Below, piece after piece: positions 26,404-32,724 of a stretch of DNA of 37,194 nucleotides. Both the position numbers and the translations under genes were made by a program. Under the pieces are notes generated by a model. The model was not told the origin of the DNA. It saw nothing but the letters and a program-made list of their open reading frames with translations, and ran no database searches. Each line of letters begins with the position of its first letter. Position 1 is the first letter of the stretch. Source of the DNA: a virus (taxonomy: Duplodnaviria; Caudoviricetes); IMG/VR virus record IMGVR_UViG_3300033487_000023, positions 1 through 37,194 of that record; one strand, given 5' to 3'.

Positions 26404-27160
26404 CAGCACTGTCTTCTTCCTTCCCGGCCGCAACATCTTCCTTTCCGGCCGCAACGTCGCCTAGCCTTGCAAGAACCTCGGCTGTGAACTCGATTCCTCG
26501 CGCCCAATCTGGGATCTTGAGTTGCACAAGAGGAACGGAGCATTCAGCCCTGACCTCGGCCATCTCCTTCACGTCCAGAGTCCGAGAGACTCGGAACGTT
26601 CCGTGAGTCCCGTTTCTCTCTGGCCTCCACTCGCCGACACCGACCATCCCTGCACGAGAGAGCAGATCCGTCACAGTCTCGACCGCTATCTGATCGCCCA
26701 TGGCTATCAGCAATCGAGCCTTCCACCCGAAGAACTCCGGACGGAAGCGGATATCCATCGTTCTGTTCATTCCTCCAACAGGAACGGGAACCATGGAAAT
26801 ATCAGTCCGCTCATATGTGATAGGGACGCTGTTTCCAATCACGAAGATCTGAATTCGGAGCTGCGTCTTCTTCAGACCTTTGACCTGCGTGCTTGCGCTC
26901 AACATCGCCATCTTGATCGCGGCCGGAGGTATGCAGACACGGCCGCTTTCGTTGCGCACCGTCGCATCCTCGACACACTTTTCAGGGACTTTCGGGACTC
27001 TGAGTGCGCTTATCCCCATTTGCTTCCGCAGCATTGCATCGATGCTTTTTTGTGCAAACTTGTTCTGGAGCAATGGTGCTGTGCCAGTGATCTCGAATCC
27101 TACGATTAGAGATCCCCTGCTCTGTTCGATCGCTGTGTCCTTCGTCTTCTTCCGTGCCAT
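26387..27160 (-). CDS. Stand-alone Cas7/RAMP-like RNA-binding protein (Vipr-like effector)
   Basis: Start at 27160 after AAGGAAGG. RAMP hallmarks: first strand FEITGTAPLL, IPPAAIKMAM (cf. IPxSSxKGxxR) and C-terminal Gly-rich loop AGMVGVGEWRPERNGTHGTFRV. Flanked by pentamer arrays. Confidence 0.8.
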   Translation of the reverse strand: MARKKTKDTAIEQSRGSLIVGFEITGTAPLLQNKFAQKSIDAMLRKQMGISALRVPKVPEKCVEDATVRNESGRVCIPPAAIKMAMLSASTQVKGLKKTQLRIQIFVIGNSVPITYERTDISMVPVPVGGMNRTMDIRFRPEFFGWKARLLIAMGDQIAVETVTDLLSRAGMVGVGEWRPERNGTHGTFRVSRTLDVKEMAEVRAECSVPLVQLKIPDWARGIEFTAEVLARLGDVAAGKEDVAAGKEEDSADESDE

Positions 27161-27187
27161 ACATTGCCCCCTTCCTTGTTGGTTGTT

Positions 27188-27264
27188 GCCGCACCAGACG
27201 CGCCTCGCCATAACTGGCCTCGCCCGGCCGTGCCATGCCTAGCCTCGACACGCCGCGCCACGCC
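27188..27264 (-). ncRNA. Upstream GGY/NN pentamer array (single putative guide)
   Basis: GGCgt GGCgc GGCgt GTCga GGCta GGCat GGCac GGCcg GGCga GGCca GTTat GGCga GGCgc, then GTCT-GGTGC-GGCAACAACCAAC; lies between the recT stop and the Cas7-like start. Confidence 0.8.
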
Positions 27265-27276
27265 GTCACATGTCAG

Positions 27277-28182
27277 TTATCGGCTCGTCTGGTCTGAAGT
27301 TGCGTGCTCTTCGTATTCACGAAGCAAGGCCTTCTGCTCGTCGTCTAGCTCGGGCTCCTTCTCCTGCGCGGGTGCTTGCTCCCGCGCCGCAGCCCTCGAC
27401 TTGGCTGCAAGTCGCCTGGTCGCGGGCTCCTGCGGCAAGGCCTCGAGGTCTCCACCGTCGACAATCCGCACTTCCTCCTGGTCCTCGTCATTCCCCACGG
27501 CGTCGGCGAGCTCGGGCGTGACGACAATCGGAAGCCGCGAGATGAGCCTGCGGATGACGGTCTTTCGCGCCATCATGTCCCACCACTGTGTCCACGGGCC
27601 AATCTCCGAGGCCCCGGCCTTGCTCGCGGCGCGCACGCGTTCGATCTGCTCTTTGGTCATGAATTCGGTAGCTACGCTCCCATCGTCGAGCCTAGCCCAG
27701 GCATAGGCTCCCTTGATCTGAGAGTAGTCCGAGCGGCCATCGAGGCGAGGGCGATGGGAGACGCGCATATCCGAGCCGAGCTCGATGGAGAACTCGTCTC
27801 CAGGGTAGACCACCTCTGCGGCGCATGCCTGGATTGCCCCAGAGCGTTTCGCCAGAGTGAGCAGACCCATGTAGCCGATCATCATCTGTGCATCACTTGT
27901 TCCTGTGCGCTTGTTTCCGTAGGGTATGAGATAGGCCTGCTTGAGCGGCCCTGCCGGCTCAAGCCCGAGCTGCAGCGCATCCATGCACGCGATGACGATG
28001 CTCCGAGGGTCGCACCCGAGCAGTTGCGGAGAGCGCGATACCGCACCGAAGACGATCCGAGCAACGCGCTCGGGCGTGAGGTACTTCGCAGCAATCGCCG
28101 GGATGAGCTTGGTCATCTGTGCCACTGTGGCCGGGTTTTCCAGGTGCCTCCGCACCTCAAGCGCTGTGTCTGTCTTTGCCAT
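27277..28182 (-). CDS. recT: RecT-family single-strand annealing protein
   Basis: LGLEP....QAYLIPY, IGYMGLLTLAKRSG, VYPGDEF, GAYA, MTKEQIE, PWTQWWDMMARKTVIRRL...LP. Confidence 0.95.
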   Translation of the reverse strand: MAKTDTALEVRRHLENPATVAQMTKLIPAIAAKYLTPERVARIVFGAVSRSPQLLGCDPRSIVIACMDALQLGLEPAGPLKQAYLIPYGNKRTGTSDAQMMIGYMGLLTLAKRSGAIQACAAEVVYPGDEFSIELGSDMRVSHRPRLDGRSDYSQIKGAYAWARLDDGSVATEFMTKEQIERVRAASKAGASEIGPWTQWWDMMARKTVIRRLISRLPIVVTPELADAVGNDEDQEEVRIVDGGDLEALPQEPATRRLAAKSRAAAREQAPAQEKEPELDDEQKALLREYEEHATSDQTSR

Positions 28183-28201
28183 GTTGGTCCTCCTGTTTGT
28201 G

Positions 28202-29143
28202 TTACTTCCACTTCGGCAGAAAGCGCCGGACTGGATTTGATGCTGTCGTGTGCCTGTCTATCACATCTTGAGGTATTGGATACTCAGAAACGACATCTTC
28301 CCAATGGATGTATGGTGTCGATTTCACGAGTTTCCAAGTGAGCCTCCATCCGTCAACAGGGCATACTATGCCTTCGGCGTCCCCAATCTCAGCGCAGAGA
28401 TGATTGCGGGCCTCGAGCTCGATGGCCTCCGCCTTCTTCGAGAGCTCGCGAGCCTCGTGAAGCTGCGCCATCCACTTGCGCGACTCGATTGTCGCCTCGC
28501 GCATCTCGGAGTTGTGGCGCGCGAAGCGCCTTGCCAGGTGCCGGCCATAGCTCGCGCTCGCATCCACGGGAGGCTCGACGCCGGCCACCACGTAGCGCAC
28601 GCGCCAGTCGTCGAGAGCCGCGATGAGCTCGGCCTCGGCCTCGATGTCGCGCTCGATGGGGAAAATCCGGATGTCCCCGAATGTGAACAGCACGACATCC
28701 GAGCTCATCTGGTGGCAGGCCATCTCGACCATGTCCTGCGCGAGATAGTGGTCGGGCACCTCGTCTGTGCCGTCCGCGCCCCAGCCGTCGTCTCGACGTG
28801 GACACTTGATCTCGAGGAGCCTCTTCTTTGGCACTGCCAGCGTGAACCCGTCGTTGCTGGCACCGAGCCAATCCTTTTTCGGGTGGACGGAAAAAGAACC
28901 AGGCTCTGTCTGCCGGCCCAGTCTCTGTCCGGCCCAATCGCGGATCCCTTTTTCAAGGTGGATGCCGCGCTCGACATCGGGGCCAGTGAGGTCCTCGCGT
29001 TCGTAGGGCTTGCCAGCGAGCTCGGCCGTCATTCGCTCCCAGACGTCGATGGCTCCTCGCCACGGGGATAGCCCGAGGACCGCCGCGGCATCGGTGCTCG
29101 TCATGCGACCCACACGCCGAGGGTCAAGGTGGGACTCGTTCAT
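28202..29143 (-). CDS. YqaJ/lambda-exonuclease family recombination nuclease
   Basis: STDAAAVLGLSPW, RGIHLE, WLGASNDG, LLEIKC, VPDHYLAQ; paired with recT. Confidence 0.92.
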   Translation of the reverse strand: MNESHLDPRRVGRMTSTDAAAVLGLSPWRGAIDVWERMTAELAGKPYEREDLTGPDVERGIHLEKGIRDWAGQRLGRQTEPGSFSVHPKKDWLGASNDGFTLAVPKKRLLEIKCPRRDDGWGADGTDEVPDHYLAQDMVEMACHQMSSDVVLFTFGDIRIFPIERDIEAEAELIAALDDWRVRYVVAGVEPPVDASASYGRHLARRFARHNSEMREATIESRKWMAQLHEARELSKKAEAIELEARNHLCAEIGDAEGIVCPVDGWRLTWKLVKSTPYIHWEDVVSEYPIPQDVIDRHTTASNPVRRFLPKWK

Positions 29144-29155
29144 GTTGTTCTCCGT

Positions 29156-29410
29156 TTAGACGAGGGGATATTTACCAGCATTGATACCGGCCGCGTCTAG
29201 GATGTAGACGTCTCCAGCCGCGATTGTGGCTACCGTCCATGTGCCGTCCGGCAGTCGGGCCGGGTGCGCCAGGGGGAAGTCCACGCGCAATCCTTCCGCT
29301 GCATTCCGTGCGTAGTCCGGAGGCCCATCGACAGCGAGCGTCGTGTCTGTCCTGCGCCAGCCGAGCTTGATCATGTCACTCGTGCTGATCTTGTTGGCCA
29401 TCGCGTTCAT
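29156..29410 (-). CDS. Hypothetical protein
   Basis: 84 aa with GGAGG RBS. Confidence 0.6.
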   Translation of the reverse strand: MNAMANKISTSDMIKLGWRRTDTTLAVDGPPDYARNAAEGLRVDFPLAHPARLPDGTWTVATIAAGDVYILDAAGINAGKYPLV

Positions 29411-29606
29411 CTCGTCCTCCTGTGATCGAATACCGTCCAGTGTCGGGGTCGAGCACCATGCTGACCCCGGTATCCCGCAGTCGTCTCAGCGCCCACTGCA
29501 CCGTCCGCAGGGGCATGTGGGCCTCTCGCGCGAGGTCTCGCGGAGTCGCCGGCCCATTCTCCAAGAGCCAGGCGACCATGGCGAGGCTCTTCTCGTGGCG
29601 GCTCAT
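29376..29606 (-). CDS. Winged-HTH transcriptional regulator
   Basis: GPATPRDLAREAHMPLRTVQWALRRLRDTG...DPDTGRY. Confidence 0.75.
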   Translation of the reverse strand: MSRHEKSLAMVAWLLENGPATPRDLAREAHMPLRTVQWALRRLRDTGVSMVLDPDTGRYSITGGRDERDGQQDQHE

Positions 29607-29794
29607 CGCTTGAACGTCCCCCGGTCCGTCATCTCGCGCGCTCCCCAGGTGTCCACAATCAGCACCCTAAGGCTCGCGGACCCGGAGAGAGCGCGACGCT
29701 TGCGTTGAAGCGCGCCGGCGAACGTGCGGTGCCAGAATTTTTCGTTGCCCACCCACACAATGAACCCGGTTTTCCTCTCGATAAAGCCCTTCAT
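29603..29794 (-). CDS. Hypothetical protein, first gene of the early operon
   Basis: ATG at 29794 after GGAGG; 63 aa; ATGA overlap with the HTH gene. Confidence 0.55.
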   Translation of the reverse strand: MKGFIERKTGFIVWVGNEKFWHRTFAGALQRKRRALSGSASLRVLIVDTWGAREMTDRGTFKR

Positions 29795-29829
29795 GCCGTC
29801 CTCCCGTGTTGCTGCTGCGACCATGATCC

Positions 29830-30016
29830 TATGGTACTCTTTCTTGCGCGACGCGCAATAATAATCGACAAGGACACCCCTCAATCGGGTGGTGCGCCGC
29901 GCAAGATTCCCGTCAAACTCCCTGCAGATTCCCTGCAGATTCCCGGATCGAATCCGTTGTATGTGTGCGGATTTACTGTAGATTTAGTGACTGCGCAATG
30001 CGCAGGCAATGCGCAG
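29830..30016. promoter_or_regulatory. Early promoter/operator region with TGCGC-N3-GCGCA palindromes and 11-bp tandem repeats
   Basis: TTGCGCGACGCGCAA (29844-29858) overlaps a minus-strand TTGCGC-N16-TACCAT. Also CTGCGCAATGCGCAG (29991-30005), TCCCTGCAGAT x2 (29919-29940) and GCAATGCGCAG x2 (29995-30016). Confidence 0.6.
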
Positions 30017-30026
30017 GATTAGGGAT

Positions 30027-30638
30027 CTAGATGAGCCCCGCCGCTACCCTTGGCGCGAGCCAGGCGAGAATTGCGTCCGCGATTGCATCTGCCGCAATCA
30101 GGCTCCGCTTCTCGCAGAGCCGCAGCGAGCCATAGTGGTCGATGAAGTAGCTCTCCACGAGCACGCACGCCTGGCAATCGGTGAGCTCCGCGGCGCGCAG
30201 GACGGCGAGCTCCTGGTGCACCACGCCCGGCAGGCACCCGGCATCACAGCGTAGGCGCATCGAGAGGGCGGCCCCAACGCGCTTGGCGATGTCTGCCGCG
30301 AGCTCGATGGATCCGACCGATGCCCGGTAGCTGGCGACACAGGCGAAGGTGTGGTGGTCGATCCTATCGTGGGCGTTGTGGTGGAGCGAGACGAACGCGG
30401 CGGCCCCATGCGCCCGCCGGCCTATCGCCTCGAGGTCGTCGCCACCTGGGACCTCGACCGCAACGCCGAGCTCGCCGAGACGCTGGCAGATCCAATCGCA
30501 CTGGAGCTGGTTGAGCTCGTGTTCCTGCGGCACGTCGGGGGGGAGGCCGCGAGCGCCGGGCTTCTCTGGCGAATGACCAGGGTCCAGAACAACCCGCACG
30601 CCGGAGAACGGGTCATCCTCGTCACATGTGTCGCTCAT
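30027..30638 (-). CDS. Endolysin, N-acetylmuramoyl-L-alanine amidase (Amidase_3)
   Basis: VVLDPGH, E.ELN, FVSLHHNA, LAVLR, VLVESYFID Zn-amidase motifs; likely start at 30638. Confidence 0.92.
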   Translation of the reverse strand: MSDTCDEDDPFSGVRVVLDPGHSPEKPGARGLPPDVPQEHELNQLQCDWICQRLGELGVAVEVPGGDDLEAIGRRAHGAAAFVSLHHNAHDRIDHHTFACVASYRASVGSIELAADIAKRVGAALSMRLRCDAGCLPGVVHQELAVLRAAELTDCQACVLVESYFIDHYGSLRLCEKRSLIAADAIADAILAWLAPRVAAGLI

Positions 30639-30639
30639 G

Positions 30640-31062
30640 TCACTTTCCGAGGTCGCGTTTCGCCTCGAGTACCTGGCCTTCGATATGAGCGCGAATCGCG
30701 ACCGTGGCCTCTTCCTCACCACCCACTAGCCGGACGAGTTCGGTCCATCCCACGGGCCCAAGTAGCTGTCTGGCGCGAGCGCAGGCAATCTTCGCCAGCT
30801 CCGCGCCATCCTCAAGCGATAGCTTGCCGTCCTGGGCCTTCGCCTGGAGGATTGGCCGCAGGGTCTGCTGTGTCTCGAGCACCGCGGCCCACACCGCGTC
30901 ATTGAGCCGCGTCATCACGCCGGCGGCCCTGGTGTTGCTCACCTTGGCGTCGATGAGGCGCTTGACTGACGCCGAGGCCCACGCGACGAGCGCGGTCACG
31001 ACTGCAACGGCTAGCTCGCCTACGTGCGGGAGGATTGTCTGGAGGATGGAAGGCTCGGTCAT
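30640..31062 (-). CDS. Putative holin (single N-terminal TM, LL-H-like)
   Basis: TM LAVAVVTALVAWASA then AVWAAVLETQQ; directly upstream of the amidase. Confidence 0.6.
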   Translation of the reverse strand: MTEPSILQTILPHVGELAVAVVTALVAWASASVKRLIDAKVSNTRAAGVMTRLNDAVWAAVLETQQTLRPILQAKAQDGKLSLEDGAELAKIACARARQLLGPVGWTELVRLVGGEEEATVAIRAHIEGQVLEAKRDLGK

Positions 31063-31481
31063 GGTGTGGCTCCTGCTGGCTGCGCGAGGACGCGCACCGA
31101 GCGGGTCAGGGAGTCGATCCGCCGTTGCGTCTCTCGCTGGTCTTCGCGTAGTTGCGTGTGCTGGTCGGCGAGCTCGGCGCGGAATCGGTCGAGCGTCTCG
31201 CGCATTTCTTTTTTCATGTTGACCTGGGCCTCCTCTATCTTGGCACTAAGCACCTGGTGCTCGGCGAGCGCAAGGGACCTGCTCTGACGGTCGAGTATCC
31301 ATCCTCCGACGCCGTAGACGATTCCGACCGTTGTGACAATCAGGGCCGCGAGCGAGCCCCAGAACTTGACCCAATACTCAACCACCTCTCGGCGATGTGT
31401 GACCGGGCGGTCTCGCTCTGGCTTGGATGCTCTCTCGCCGCGGGGAGGACTTTCGTCAGTTTGGTCATCGCGATCAGCCAT
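31059..31481 (-). CDS. Membrane protein with coiled coil (lysis-module accessory)
   Basis: Likely start at 31481 (GGAG); TM FWGSLAALIVTTVGIVYGVGGWI followed by a coiled coil. Confidence 0.65.
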   Translation of the reverse strand: MADRDDQTDESPPRGERASKPERDRPVTHRREVVEYWVKFWGSLAALIVTTVGIVYGVGGWILDRQSRSLALAEHQVLSAKIEEAQVNMKKEMRETLDRFRAELADQHTQLREDQRETQRRIDSLTRSVRVLAQPAGATP

Positions 31482-31558
31482 GCTCCACGACAGGGAAGGC
31501 GTCGCCCCGTCGCGCCGCCCGGGCACATGGTCAACCGTCGCATGCTCCCCGGCGTGTG

Positions 31559-31912
31559 TCAATCGGAGCTCTGCGGCGTCCACACGCCGCGAATCATGAC
31601 CCAGGCGTCAGCACGCAGGCGGCGTACGCCATCCTCGCCCGTGAGCCATTGGAGCACGAGACGCTGGAAGCTCTTGTTGCCCGCGCAGGCCTGCGGGCCA
31701 GAGAGCTCAAACTCCTCGTTGATCTGAGTGCAGAAGCGAGCCTGGGCCCAGTTCTCGATGGTGCTCTGCTGCCCCGGCGTGACCTCGAGGCCAATCTGCC
31801 GCTCGGTGGAGTAGGGACGCTGAGCTTGCGCCGTCAACCCCTGAGTCTCGAATCCTGCAACCCAGCCCATCGCGAGCGCAAGTGACGTTGTCACGATATA
31901 TACCTTGTTCAT
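31559..31912 (-). CDS. Putative secreted protein
   Basis: Start MNKVYIVTTSLALAMGWVAG at 31912 after AGAGG; signal-like N-terminus; one Cys pair. Confidence 0.65.
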   Translation of the reverse strand: MNKVYIVTTSLALAMGWVAGFETQGLTAQAQRPYSTERQIGLEVTPGQQSTIENWAQARFCTQINEEFELSGPQACAGNKSFQRLVLQWLTGEDGVRRLRADAWVMIRGVWTPQSSD

Positions 31913-31965
31913 GGTAACTACCTCTTTCTTGTCGTTCCGTTGTTCCTCTGATTTAATCTTTCGGC

Positions 31966-32253
31966 TCATGACTGCGAGCCGGCGACCGTCCATGTGTTCG
32001 TCGCCGTGCAGATCTGAAGCTCGTTGACCACCACAGCGATGTCTCCGACCGCGCACGAGCTCGGCGCGGTATCCTGCGCTCCGAGATGCAGCGGGGCCGC
32101 GGATGGGCTCGTGGCGTCCGGCGTGATGACGAGCCCGACCGTTCCGTCTGGGGGAGTGATCGTCACGCTTCCGGTCGCCACCCATTCGCTTGTCGCTGCG
32201 GTCAGCCACAGAGCCGCGACGAACGCTAGAAGAAGCTTGTCTGTCTTGGTCAT
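31966..32253 (-). CDS. Secreted fibre-like small protein, paralog of 32263-32724
   Basis: Signal peptide MTKTDKLLLAFVAALWLTAATS; LGAQDTAPSSCAVGDIAV...ICTATNTWT. Confidence 0.75.
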   Translation of the reverse strand: MTKTDKLLLAFVAALWLTAATSEWVATGSVTITPPDGTVGLVITPDATSPSAAPLHLGAQDTAPSSCAVGDIAVVVNELQICTATNTWTVAGSQS

Positions 32254-32262
32254 GTCGTCACC

Positions 32263-32724
32263 TCACAGTTGGACGCATTGGAGCCCAGCTCCGATGTCAG
32301 TGCACACGCACCCGTCTCCAGGGCAGCAGTCATCGGCCGTGACGCATGCGCCTCCCACGGCGCTGCACACGCACGTGGTGTTGCACACGCCGAACGAGCA
32401 GCACACCGGGTCGCCGTCGCACGCCTGGCCATCCGCGATGCACCCCTGGTTCCCGACCACGGTCCACGTGTCCACGGCCGTGCAGACTTCGAGCTTCGTT
32501 CCAACCACGGCGAGGTCACCCACAGCGCAGCCCGTGGGAGCCGTGTCCTGCGCGCCGAGGCGCATCGCTCCCTTGCTTGGCGTGGTAGCGTCAGGCGTGA
32601 CCGAGACGCCCGCTGTCCCGTCCTTGGGTGTCACCGCGAGCTTGTTGCCGAGGACCCACTGCGAGCTCGCGGCAGGGAGCGCGAGCGCCAAGAAGGCGAG
32701 AAGGCCAATCGTGGTTCGCGTCAT
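32263..32724 (-). CDS. Secreted fibre-like protein with C-terminal tandem knottin-like Cys-rich repeats
   Basis: Signal peptide MTRTTIGLLAFLALALPAAS; shared domain LGAQDTAPTGCAVGDLAV...VCTAVDTWT; 13 Cys in the last 59 aa. Confidence 0.8.
   Translation of the reverse strand: MTRTTIGLLAFLALALPAASSQWVLGNKLAVTPKDGTAGVSVTPDATTPSKGAMRLGAQDTAPTGCAVGDLAVVGTKLEVCTAVDTWTVVGNQGCIADGQACDGDPVCCSFGVCNTTCVCSAVGGACVTADDCCPGDGCVCTDIGAGLQCVQL

Noticed and set aside
26417-26458. 21-bp tandem duplication (DVAAGKE x2) at the end of the Cas7-like gene
   Set aside because: Real, but it lies in an acidic disordered tail and is likely a neutral local duplication.
25585-27264. Conventional CRISPR array or simple microsatellite
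   Set aside because: There are no 25-45-bp identical repeats with unique spacers. Variation is concentrated in two positions of each pentamer, unlike slippage-generated satellites.
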